Of a DNA stretch of 64,000 nt, positions 20,100 through 29,743 are shown one piece after another. This stretch comes from Corallococcus sp. AB038B (lineage in GTDB: Bacteria > Myxococcota > Myxococcia > Myxococcales > Myxococcaceae), in contig NZ_RAWO01000002.1 in the NCBI RefSeq assembly GCF_003668955.1, positions 471,605-535,604 of the forward strand. The letters are read 5' to 3'. Position 1 is the stretch's first letter. Each line of letters starts with the position of its first letter. The notes beneath the pieces were generated by a model. That model was given only the letters and a program-made list of their open reading frames with translations, was not told the DNA's origin and did no database searches. The translations under genes and the position numbers were made by a program.

Positions 20100-20849
20100 A
20101 TGGCACAGATCAAGCTTGGAGAACTGCTGATCAAGGCGAACGTCCTGCAGGAGAGCCAGCTCAAGGCGGCGCTCGCCGAGCAGGCCAAGTGGGGCGGGAA
20201 GCTGGGCGAGATCCTCGTCCGGATGAACCTCGTCTCCGAGGACATCCTCGTGCGCGCCTTGTCGAAGCAGCTGGGCATGCCGGCGGTGAACCTGGACTCC
20301 GTGCAGATGGTGCCGCCGCACGTGAAGGCCAAGATTCCGGCGCAGACGGCGCGCGACTTCTCTGTCGTCCCGCTGCAGCTGCGCGACGACGGCAAGACGC
20401 TGGTGGTCGCCATGTCGGACCCGCTCAACGTGCGGGTGCTGGACGAGCTGCGGGCCCTGTCCAAGTGCCGCATCGTGGCCAACGTGGCCGGGCGCACCTC
20501 CGTGGCGCGGGCGTTCGCGCGCCTCTACGAAGAGACGGCGGAGCTGGAGGACGCGGACACCAACTTCAAGGTGGTGGACGCGCAGGGCCGCACCGTCGTG
20601 AAGAACCTCAAGGACCTGGACCCGGCCGCCGCCGTCGCCATGTCCCCCAAGCCTGCCGCCGCGCCGCCCCCCCGTCAGGCGCCTCCGCCGGAGGCGCCTC
20701 GCGCGGCCTCCGGCAGCCCCGCGGAGCTGCTCAAGAGCGTGGAGGACGTTCAGCGCAAGGAGGTCGCGGCGCTGAAGGCCATGGTCGAGCTGCTCATCGA
20801 GAAGGGCATTTTCTCCCGCGAGGAATACCTCGCCAAGGTCAAGCGGTAG
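20100..20849 (+). CDS. MshEN / T2SS-E N-terminal domain-only protein (predicted c-di-GMP receptor), paralog 1
   Basis: N-terminus holds two tandem 24-residue motifs: KLGELLIKANVLQESQLKAALAEQ and KLGEILVRMNLVSEDILVRALSKQ. They match the MshEN c-di-GMP-binding consensus (RLGxxLLxxGLLxxxxLxxALxxQ). Followed by a GspE_N-like fold, a Pro-rich linker and a C-terminal helix. No ATPase domain. Confidence 0.8.
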   Translation: MAQIKLGELLIKANVLQESQLKAALAEQAKWGGKLGEILVRMNLVSEDILVRALSKQLGMPAVNLDSVQMVPPHVKAKIPAQTARDFSVVPLQLRDDGKTLVVAMSDPLNVRVLDELRALSKCRIVANVAGRTSVARAFARLYEETAELEDADTNFKVVDAQGRTVVKNLKDLDPAAAVAMSPKPAAAPPPRQAPPPEAPRAASGSPAELLKSVEDVQRKEVAALKAMVELLIEKGIFSREEYLAKVKR

Positions 20850-20858
20850 CCCCCGGCC

Positions 20859-21865
20859 ATGCGCAAGAAGATTGGTGAACTCCTCGTCCAGGCCGGAGTG
20901 GTGACGGACGAGCAGGTGAAGCAGGCCCTCGCGTCCGGACGGCGCGGCCAGGGCCGCAAGCTGGGTGAGGTGTTGGTGTCCATGGGCCTGTGCACGGGCC
21001 GGGACATCGCGCGGGCGCTGGCGACGCAGCACGAGCTGCCGTTCGTGGAGATCCCCGAGTACATCCCGCATGCGGTGTCCTCGCTGGTGTCCATGGACTT
21101 CCAGACCGAGCACCGGGTGCTCCTCTTCGCGGCGGAGCAGGACGGCCGCAGCGAGAAGATCCACGTCGCCGTGGAAGACCCGGGCAACCTGATGTTGGTG
21201 GACGAGCTGCGCTTCCAACTGCGCAAGCCGCTCAAGGTGTTCGTCGTAGCGCCGGACGACCTGGAGCAGGCGCTCGCGCGCGGCCGGGGTGAGCCCCTGG
21301 ACATCGTGGAGGCTGAACCGATGGACATGGACGAGGACGATTCGCCGGACATCCTGCCGCCGCCCCCTCCCGCGGCCGCGCGCCCGCCTCCGCCGCCGCG
21401 CCCACCCGCGCCGCCGACGCTGGACTGGGACCTGCCGCCGCCTCCGCCGCATGATGGCGACGCGTCCGCTGACGGCGCGGAGGTGCTGGAGGACATCCTG
21501 GGCTCCACGCCCCGTCCCAAGATCCCCAAGGCCCCGCGTCCGCCGCCGCCTCCCGCCGCCGCCCGTCCGCCGCCGCCCCCGCCTCCCGCGGAGCCGGAGG
21601 ATCCGAGCAAGCCGCGCGTGCCGGTGGTGCTCTTCGGCGGTGCCGCGCAGGGCGTGAAGCCGTCCGTGGCGCTCACGCCCAAGCCGGACTTCTCCGAGGA
21701 GGACCTGGCGGTGCTGGACGACATCGACCGCATCTCGCGCGGCGAAGAGGCCAGCCTGGACACGGAGAAGGTGAAGCCCGCGCGCATGGTCGCGAGCCTC
21801 ATCCGCCTGCTCATCCGCAAGGGGCTCATCCAGGAGGCGGAGTTCCTGGAGGAGCTGGCCCAGAA

Positions 21866-21869
<4 letters not shown>
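20859..21869 (+). CDS. MshEN / T2SS-E N-terminal domain-only protein, paralog 2, with duplicated poly-Pro linker
   Basis: Motifs [24 protein letters not shown] and [24 protein letters not shown]. Two near-identical [13 protein letters not shown](R)PP(A)P blocks. C-terminal helix [26 protein letters not shown] resembles the paralog-1 tail. Stop overlaps the oppD-like start (GTGA). Confidence 0.8.
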
Positions 21870-22893
<1,024 letters not shown>

Positions 22894-22897
<4 letters not shown>

Positions 22898-23949
22898 GCG
22901 AACCGCTGGTCCAGGTGCGCGACCTGAAGGTGCACTTCCCGGTGAAGGGCGGCTTGTTGGGGCGCACTCGCGGCACGGTGCGCGCGGTGGACGGCGTGTC
23001 CTTCGACGTCGCCCGCGGGGAGACGCTGGGCCTGGTGGGGGAGAGTGGCTGCGGCAAGAGCACGCTGGGTCGCGCGGTGCTGCGCCTCATCGACCCGACC
23101 TCCGGCTCCATCCGCGTGGCCGGGCGCGAGCTGACCGGCCTGTCGCAGCGCGAATTGCGACCGCTGCGCCGCCAGATGCAGCTTGTCTTCCAGGACCCGT
23201 ACGCGTCGCTCAACCCGCGCATGACGGTGGGGGACATCCTCGCGGAGCCCTTCGCCATCCACGGCCTCGCGAAGGGCAAGGCTCGCGAGGACGAGGTGCT
23301 GGCGCTGCTCGACGCCATGGGGCTGCCCCGCGAGGCGCGCCAGCGCTACCCGCACGAGTTCTCCGGCGGCCAGCGTCAACGCATCGGCATTGCACGTGCC
23401 ATCGCGTTGCGTCCGGAGCTGGTGGTGGCGGACGAGCCCATCAGCGCGCTGGACGTCTCCATCCAGGCGCAGATCGTCAACCTGCTGGTGGACCTGCAAC
23501 GCGAGCGCGGGCTCACCTACGTCTTCATCGCGCACGACCTGAAGATTGTTGAGTACGTGTCCACGCGTGTGGCGGTGATGTACCTGGGCCGCATCGTGGA
23601 GGTGGCGCCGTCCCGGTCGCTGTACGCCGGACCTCGCCATCCGTACACGCAGGCGCTGCTGTCCGCGGTGCCCGTGCCGGATCCGGAGCGTCCCCCCACG
23701 CGGCTGTTGCTGCCGGGAGAGCCGCCTTCGCCCCTGTCGCCGCCGACCGGCTGCGCGTTCCATCCGCGCTGCCCGCATGTGATGGAGCGCTGCCGCCGCG
23801 AGTCACCGCCGCTGTATCCCCTGGGTGGAGGCCACGCCGCGGCTTGCTTCCTGGCCGAAGGGGATTCGCGCAACGTGCAGGACGGGCCCGCTGTTTCCAC
23901 GTCCGGAGGAGGTGCCGGTGTTCTGGCTCAGCCATCATCACCCGGATGA
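22894..23949 (+). CDS. ABC transporter ATP-binding protein, OppF/DppF-like
   Basis: The ATG at 22894 overlaps the oppD-like stop (ATGA). Walker [10 protein letters not shown], signature FSGGQRQR, C-terminal PYTQALL...C.FHPRCP. No permease or substrate-binding protein gene is adjacent. Confidence 0.85.
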
Positions 23950-24325
23950 GTACAACCGCACGTACGTGCTCGCGGGCGTACGCGTGTGCGCGCGATGCCT
24001 GGGCACGTACCCGGTGCTCGCGGGCGTGTTCCTCGCGCTGTTCGCGCTGAAGGCGCCGCTCCAGTGGGAGTGGGACGTGCCGGTGGTGCTGGGGCTCACG
24101 CTTCCCGCGCTCGTGGACTGGGCGGTGGGACGCTTCCGGCCCGCCTCGGGTTCCAACGCGGTGCGCACGCTGACGGGCATCCTGTTGGGAGTGGGGCTCG
24201 GCCGCTCGCTGTACGTGCATGTGCAGCGCCCACTGCCGGCGGTATTACTTGCGCAGGCACTTCTGGTGACAGGGGTGGCGGTCCCTGTCATTCTCGCCAC
24301 TTACCGGCGGCCACGGCCGGAATAG
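23918..24325 (+). CDS. DUF2085-like small membrane protein with CxxC pair
   Basis: [44 protein letters not shown] plus 2-3 more TM helices. GTG start near 23912-23918 follows GGAGGAGG. The track ATG at 23825 would overlap oppF by 125 nt. Confidence 0.5.
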   Translation: MFWLSHHHPDEYNRTYVLAGVRVCARCLGTYPVLAGVFLALFALKAPLQWEWDVPVVLGLTLPALVDWAVGRFRPASGSNAVRTLTGILLGVGLGRSLYVHVQRPLPAVLLAQALLVTGVAVPVILATYRRPRPE

Positions 24326-24356
24326 ACCTTTCGCGCACGGCTGTCCGTTACAGGCC

Positions 24357-25037
24357 GTGGGCGGTGAAGGGGATGGCACCCGTGGCTTCATGGGCACTGG
24401 GGGAAGTTTGGCACCCGAAACCTCAGACGAGCAGCTGATGCTCGCCTTCCAGGCGGGAAACGCGCGTGCGTTCGATGCGTTGGTGCGCAAGCACCGCGCG
24501 CCGGTGTTCAACTTCATCCTGCGCTTCGTAGGGCACAGGGCGCGGGCGGAGGACGTGCTGCAGGAGACCTGGCTCAAGGTGGTCCGCAGCGCCCGGGAAT
24601 ACGAGCCGAAGGCCCGGTTCACGACCTGGCTGTACACCATCGCGAGGAACCTCTGCGTGGACAGCACGCGCAAAGAGAGCTACCGCCAGACGACGTCCCT
24701 GGAAGCCCCCTCGGCAGGTGCCGACGGCGACGAGGGACGTCCGTTGGGCGAGGGGCTGCCGGATGCCGGGGCCAGCCCGGAGCGCGGCGCGCACAACGCC
24801 CGCCTCCGGCCCCTGCTGGAGCGGGCCCTGTCCGCCCTGCCGGAGGAGCAGCGCGAGGTGTTCGTGCTGCGCGAGTACAGCGGCATCCCGTTCAAGGAGA
24901 TCGCCGAGGTAACAGGCGTGTCCGAGAACACGGTGAAGAGCCGCATGCGCTACGCGCTGGAGGGCCTGCGCCGCCGCCTGGGTGAGCTGGGCGTGGACGG
25001 CGACCTGTCGGAGGATGGAAGGACGGTGGCGGGATGA
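24357..25037 (+). CDS. ECF-type RNA polymerase sigma factor (sigma-70 region 2 / region 4)
   Basis: Region 2 (DVLQETWLKVVRSAREYEPKARFTTWLYTIARNLCVD) and region 4 (EQREVFVLREYSGIPFKEIAEVTGVSENTVKSRMRYAL). The real start may be an internal Met. Confidence 0.85.
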   Translation: MGGEGDGTRGFMGTGGSLAPETSDEQLMLAFQAGNARAFDALVRKHRAPVFNFILRFVGHRARAEDVLQETWLKVVRSAREYEPKARFTTWLYTIARNLCVDSTRKESYRQTTSLEAPSAGADGDEGRPLGEGLPDAGASPERGAHNARLRPLLERALSALPEEQREVFVLREYSGIPFKEIAEVTGVSENTVKSRMRYALEGLRRRLGELGVDGDLSEDGRTVAG

Positions 25038-26470
25038 ATGCCCAGAATGCCCACGCGCACGAGGACCGGCTCCTCGACTTCGCCTATGGCGAACTGCCTG
25101 CGTCGGAGGCCCATGTGCTGGAGCAGCACGTCCAGGGCTGTGCGCGCTGCACGAAGGCGCTGGCGGACATCCGCGGCGTGCGCACCACCATGGCGCAGCT
25201 GTCGTCGGAGCCCGCGCCGGACGCGGGCCTGGAGTCGCTGCTCGCGTACGCGCAGCAGTCCGCGCGCCGAGCCGCCGCAGGCCCCGAGCCGAAGCCCTCG
25301 CGCTGGCGCCGCTTCCTGCTGCCCGCGGTGGGCCTGGCCACGGTGGGCACCTTCGGCCTCCTGACGTTGACGGTGAGCGAGAACCTGGACCTGGCGCCGA
25401 ACCTGTCGCAGCGGGTCGCACCCAGCCCGACGATGGCGGCGGCGAAGCAGGAGTCGCCGACGCGCGAGAGGAACGCCCCGAGCTCCCTGGCCCCCGCGCC
25501 GTCGACCGCGACCCTCGAAGTGGACGTGCCCGAGGGTGCCTCGGACGAACTGGCGGCCGCGCCCGCGCCGGACGTGACGAAGAACCAGGTGGAGGCCAAG
25601 GTGCAGCGCAAGGGCACCGCCGCGGCGCGTCCGTCCGACTGGATGAACGCGGGCAGTGGTGGCGCGATGCTGGAGCGCCGCGCGGAAGCCGAGGCTCCCA
25701 AGAAGAAGATGTCCAAGGCCGTCCGGGACGCGGACGACGACTTCGCCGCGCTCTCGCAGGCGACGGCCGGGGTGGCCGAGCAGGAGGCGCCTCCGAAGGA
25801 AGAGCAGGCCAACGACGGCTACCTCGCGAAGGATGAGCCCGCGGCACGGCGTTCCTCGGGAAAGCTCAGCGACAAGGCCATGGGCGCGAAGGGCGACTCG
25901 CTGCGGCTGGGCGAGGCGGCCTATGGCCGTGGGCTCATGACGGAGGATGACGACCAGGCCGTGGCCGCGGGCGCGGCTCCGCCGCCTCCTGCCGTGGCCT
26001 CCGCGCCCGTGGTCCAGGCCGTGCCCAAGGCCCCCTCCGCCGTGGGCTCCATCGGCGGTGCGACGCCTCCGTCCACGCCCAAGCCGGAGTCCCCCCAGGC
26101 CCAGGCCGCGAAGCCGGCTCCCATGGAGAAGTCCGCCTCCAAGGAGGCGATGACGGCGCGCGACCTGTCCGCCCAGGCCCAGGCCGCGGCGAACCAGGGT
26201 GACCGCGCCCGGGAGGCCCAGCTGCTGCGCGCCGCGCTCGCGGCTGGAGCCAGCGGCAGTGAGCGGCTGGCCCTGCTCTCACGGCTCTGCGAGTCCGAGT
26301 CCGTCCAGGGACGGACCCGGGAGGCTGCCGCCATCTGCGGGCAGATCATCAACGAGGCCCCCGGCTCCAGCGCGGCGCAGCTGGCCCAGCGCCGCATGCG
26401 TCAGGCCTCGCCCGCCACGGCTCCGGAGTCTGCTCCGGCCAGTGCCGCCCCTTCCCAGCCCGCGCAGTAG
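25034..26470 (+). CDS. Anti-sigma factor (zf-HC2 N-terminus, TM segment, long Ala/Pro-rich periplasmic region)
   Basis: ATGA overlap with the sigma gene. N-terminal HVLEQHVQGCARCTKAL is a zf-HC2 anti-sigma motif. TM RWRRFLLPAVGLATVGTFGLLTL. Low-complexity AAPAP-rich C-terminus with a TPR-like end. Confidence 0.75.
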   Translation: MNAQNAHAHEDRLLDFAYGELPASEAHVLEQHVQGCARCTKALADIRGVRTTMAQLSSEPAPDAGLESLLAYAQQSARRAAAGPEPKPSRWRRFLLPAVGLATVGTFGLLTLTVSENLDLAPNLSQRVAPSPTMAAAKQESPTRERNAPSSLAPAPSTATLEVDVPEGASDELAAAPAPDVTKNQVEAKVQRKGTAAARPSDWMNAGSGGAMLERRAEAEAPKKKMSKAVRDADDDFAALSQATAGVAEQEAPPKEEQANDGYLAKDEPAARRSSGKLSDKAMGAKGDSLRLGEAAYGRGLMTEDDDQAVAAGAAPPPPAVASAPVVQAVPKAPSAVGSIGGATPPSTPKPESPQAQAAKPAPMEKSASKEAMTARDLSAQAQAAANQGDRAREAQLLRAALAAGASGSERLALLSRLCESESVQGRTREAAAICGQIINEAPGSSAAQLAQRRMRQASPATAPESAPASAAPSQPAQ

Positions 26471-26488
26471 GGGAGGGCGGCAGTCCAC

Positions 26489-26791
26489 ATGACCGATGCG
26501 TCCGGGGCCTGGGTCCTGGATAATAGGAGCATGACGTCGGACGTGCACGCTCCCCCCGTGAACAGCCCCCGGAAGTCACCGCCGCGCTCCCCGCGCCGGG
26601 CCCGCCGTGGCCAGGCCATGGTGGAGTACTCGATGATCAACTGGGTGTTGATCGTCGGGCTCGTCGTCGGCGCCACGGTGAAGATCCGCTGGACGGACGA
26701 CCGGCAGACCAACGTCATCGACCTGTTCCTCGAGGCGTACCAGATCTATTACGACTCGTTTTACTTCGTGCTGAACCTGCCTTTCCCCTGA
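26489..26791 (+). CDS. Flp/TadE-type prepilin-like protein
   Basis: Class III leader-peptide cleavage motif RRG-QAMVEY, followed by the hydrophobic stretch SMINWVLIVGLVVGATV. Good SD (GGGAGGG) upstream of ATG 26489; an alternative start is Met15 (26531). The predicted mature part of ~58 aa is Flp-pilin sized. Confidence 0.6.
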   Translation: MTDASGAWVLDNRSMTSDVHAPPVNSPRKSPPRSPRRARRGQAMVEYSMINWVLIVGLVVGATVKIRWTDDRQTNVIDLFLEAYQIYYDSFYFVLNLPFP

Positions 26792-26903
26792 GGGACGGAA
26801 GGCCGCGGATCAACTCACTGCGTCGAGCCGTCCTCCCCCCTGGGCGGACAGGCTCCGCGAGCTCCGGCAGTCCCGGGATTCCGCTTTGTCACGAGAGGTG
26901 GTT

Positions 26904-26939
26904 TTGACACCTGCTCTGGGGCATGGCTAACATCTTGCC
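26904..26939 (+). promoter_or_regulatory. Candidate promoter upstream of cpaB: sigma54-like TGGCTAACATCTTGCC (26924-26939), overlapped by a sigma70-like TTGACA (26904-26909)
   Basis: GG and GC are spaced exactly as in the TGGCAC-N5-TTGC consensus. The element lies ~85 bp upstream of the cpaB ATG in a 230-bp intergenic region. Pattern match only. Confidence 0.35.
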
Positions 26940-27023
26940 TCGTTCGCGCCCTGGCATCGCCCCCTCGTCCAAAGCAGTCCTGCCGCCACGACGGCGCCCC
27001 ACCGTTCTGGAGGACTTTGAACC

Positions 27024-27842
27024 ATGTTGAAGGGTAAGACCCCACTCGTCGTCGCACTGGTGCTCGGTTTGCTCGCGGGCATCGTGGCCTACTCGGCCAT
27101 CAAGAAGAAGGAATCCGATGTGCGCCGCGGGTGGAACCTGGTTCCCGTGGTGGTGGCGGGCCAGGACATGCCCGAGGGCTCGGTCATCACGTACGAGATG
27201 ATCTCCCAGCGCTCGGTGCCGGAGCAGTTCGTCACCTCGTCGGTGGTGAAGCCGGACTCCGCCAACTACATCGTGAACCAGAAGGTGCTGGTGGCGCTGC
27301 AGGCCGGCGACCCCATCCTCTGGAGCCAGTTCGAGACGACGAAGGCCGCCGAGCGCCTGTCCACGAAGGTGCAGAAGAAGGCGCGCGCCATCACCATCGA
27401 GGCGAAGCAGACCACGTCCGTGGGCGGGTGGATTCGCCCGAACGACCACGTGGACATCATCGGCACGTTCCGCGATCCGCAGACGGACGAGAGCGTCGCG
27501 GTGACGCTGCTGCAGAACATCATCGTGGTCGCCACGGGTAAGATCACCGGCACCACGAACATCAACCTCATCCCGGAGAACCAGCGCGAGTACTCCAACG
27601 TCTCGCTGATGGTGCTGCCGGAAGAGGCGGAGATCCTGGTGCTGGCGGCGGAACTGGGCCAGCTGACGTTGTCCCTGCGCAACGAGGACGACGTGGACCT
27701 CATCGAGGAGCGTGGCCGCGCGACCATCAGCACGCTGCTCTCCGGTGAACGCACCCGTGTGCTGGAGCAGAAGCGCCGGGAGATCATCCAGATCATCAAG
27801 GGCAGTGGCGGCGGCGAGAAGGCCTCGGCCGGCTCTCCGTAG
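27024..27842 (+). CDS. cpaB: Flp pilus assembly protein CpaB/RcpC
   Basis: N-terminal TM MLKGKTPLVVALVLGLLAGIVAY, then SAF-like and RcpC regions; 272 aa, a typical CpaB size. Confidence 0.85.
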   Translation: MLKGKTPLVVALVLGLLAGIVAYSAIKKKESDVRRGWNLVPVVVAGQDMPEGSVITYEMISQRSVPEQFVTSSVVKPDSANYIVNQKVLVALQAGDPILWSQFETTKAAERLSTKVQKKARAITIEAKQTTSVGGWIRPNDHVDIIGTFRDPQTDESVAVTLLQNIIVVATGKITGTTNINLIPENQREYSNVSLMVLPEEAEILVLAAELGQLTLSLRNEDDVDLIEERGRATISTLLSGERTRVLEQKRREIIQIIKGSGGGEKASAGSP

Positions 27843-27920
27843 TCCTGCGCGCGGGGCCGCTTCGCTCACGGCTGAAGCGGCCCTGCCGACCCCTCCCTCA
27901 TCCCCCGGGGATTCGCGCCC

Positions 27921-28766
27921 ATGCTCGCAGGTATCGTCCTCCTTCTCGTCACCGGCTCGGTGTTCTTTTTCAGCCTGGTGATCTTCAGCGTCCTGTCGAA
28001 GGCGTATGAGCAGTACCAGGAGCGGTACGTCGCCAAGTCGATGAACGACTTGAGCGACATGTTCCTCTTCATCGACGCGCGGCAGATGTTGATCCTCAAC
28101 ATCGCCTGCATGTGCCTCCTGGGCATCCTCAGCTACATCGTCTTCAACCCCATCCTCGCGGTGCTCGCGACCATCTTCGGCTTCTTCCTGCCGATGCTGC
28201 TCGTGAAGCACTACCGCAAGCGCCGCATCAAGAAGTTCAACGTGCAGTTGGTGGACGCGCTGCAGGCCATGGCCAACGCGTTCAAGGCGGGCCTCACGTT
28301 CCCCCAGGCCATTGAGCACGTGGCGCGCGAAGCGATGCCGCCCCTGTCCCAGGAGTTCGGCCTCTTCGTGAAGGAAGTGAAGCTGGGCGTGCCGCTGGAA
28401 GAAGCGCTCGTCAACATGGGCAAGCGCGTGGGCAGCGACGACCTGGAGCTGGTGGTGGTGTCCACCAACATCGCGCGCCAGCTGGGCGGCAACATGGCGG
28501 AGATGTTCGAGACCATCTCCACGGTGATCCGCGAGCGCTTCCGTCTGGAAGGCAAGATCGACGCGCTGACCTCCCAGGGCAAGCTTCAAGGGTGGATCGT
28601 CGCGGCCATGCCGGCGGTGCTGGGCATGGTTCTCAACTACATGCGTCCGGACCTGATGGAGCCGATGATGAACCACATCTTCGGCTACATCCTGGTGACC
28701 ATCATCGCCATCATGGAGATCATGGGCATCCTCATCATCCGGCGCATCGTCAACATCGACATCTGA
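27921..28766 (+). CDS. tadB: Tad/Flp pilus platform protein TadB (T2SS-F family)
   Basis: 281 aa polytopic membrane protein with a T2SSF-type cytoplasmic domain (QAMANAFKAGLTFPQAIEHVARE). Confidence 0.85.
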   Translation: MLAGIVLLLVTGSVFFFSLVIFSVLSKAYEQYQERYVAKSMNDLSDMFLFIDARQMLILNIACMCLLGILSYIVFNPILAVLATIFGFFLPMLLVKHYRKRRIKKFNVQLVDALQAMANAFKAGLTFPQAIEHVAREAMPPLSQEFGLFVKEVKLGVPLEEALVNMGKRVGSDDLELVVVSTNIARQLGGNMAEMFETISTVIRERFRLEGKIDALTSQGKLQGWIVAAMPAVLGMVLNYMRPDLMEPMMNHIFGYILVTIIAIMEIMGILIIRRIVNIDI

Positions 28767-28779
28767 AACGAGGCGCACC

Positions 28780-29670
28780 GTGCAGGAAGTCCTGACATTT
28801 CTGCTGATGGGCGGCTCGGCACTGCTGACCGCGGGCGCGGTGGCGTTCCTGGGCATCGGCCTGTACTCCAACCTCCTGGAGCGCTTCCTCACGGAAGTCC
28901 GCGACGAGTCCGCGGGCGGCATGAAGGGCGCTGGCTCCGTCGCCGTCCGCAAGCTGGGCTCGATGAACCGGCGCTTCATGTGGCCGGGCTACGAGTCCAA
29001 GACGCGCCGCAAGCTGATCAAGGCGGGCGAGCCGTCGCAGTACAAGCCCGAGGACATCATGGCGCTTCAGGAGATCAGCGCCTTCTTCGCGCTCCTGGCC
29101 GGCCTGTTCGTCGTCAACGGCATGGGCATGAACCTGGCCTGGTCGCTGCTGGTGATGCTGCTGGGCCTGTTCTATCCGCTCATCTGGTTGAACGATCAGG
29201 TGAAGCGCCGTCACCTGGCCATCAGCCGCGCGCTTCCGTACAACCTGGACCTGCTGACGCTGTCGGTGGAAGCGGGCATGGACTTCACGGGCGCGCTGGC
29301 GAAGGTGGTGGAGAAGGGCCGCCAGGGTCCGCTGCGTGAAGAGCTGCAGCTGGTGCTCAAGCAGCTCAAGATGGGCAAGACGCGTGAAGAGGGGCTCAAG
29401 AGCATGATCGTGCGCGTGGACCTGCCGTCGCTGACGACGTTTGTCACGGCGCTGATCCAGGCGGACAAGATGGGTACGAGCCTGGGCAAGGTGCTGCGCA
29501 TCCAGTCCACGCAGATGCGCATCGACCGCACGCAGCGCGCCGAGAAGCTGGCGGGCGAGGCGCCGGTGAAGATGCTCTTCCCGCTCATCGCCTGCATCTT
29601 CCCGACGGTGTTCATGGTGCTCTTCGGGCCCATCGTGTTCCAGTTCATGTTCGGCAACGTCGGGGGCTAG
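28780..29670 (+). CDS. tadC: Tad/Flp pilus platform protein TadC (T2SS-F family)
   Basis: 296 aa with a T2SSF domain (LDLLTLSVEAGMDFTGALAKVVE). Directly follows tadB. Confidence 0.85.
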   Translation: MQEVLTFLLMGGSALLTAGAVAFLGIGLYSNLLERFLTEVRDESAGGMKGAGSVAVRKLGSMNRRFMWPGYESKTRRKLIKAGEPSQYKPEDIMALQEISAFFALLAGLFVVNGMGMNLAWSLLVMLLGLFYPLIWLNDQVKRRHLAISRALPYNLDLLTLSVEAGMDFTGALAKVVEKGRQGPLREELQLVLKQLKMGKTREEGLKSMIVRVDLPSLTTFVTALIQADKMGTSLGKVLRIQSTQMRIDRTQRAEKLAGEAPVKMLFPLIACIFPTVFMVLFGPIVFQFMFGNVGG

Positions 29671-29743
29671 TCCTCTGCCCATCCTGCTCACCATCACCCA
29701 GGGGCTCCAGGTCGGACGGGAGCTCGCCTTCGAGCAGGCCGAA

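Noticed and set aside
26889-28979. 696-aa minus-strand ORF
   Set aside because: Antisense to cpaB and tadB, both with clear family features. His/Asp/Arg-rich, no motifs.
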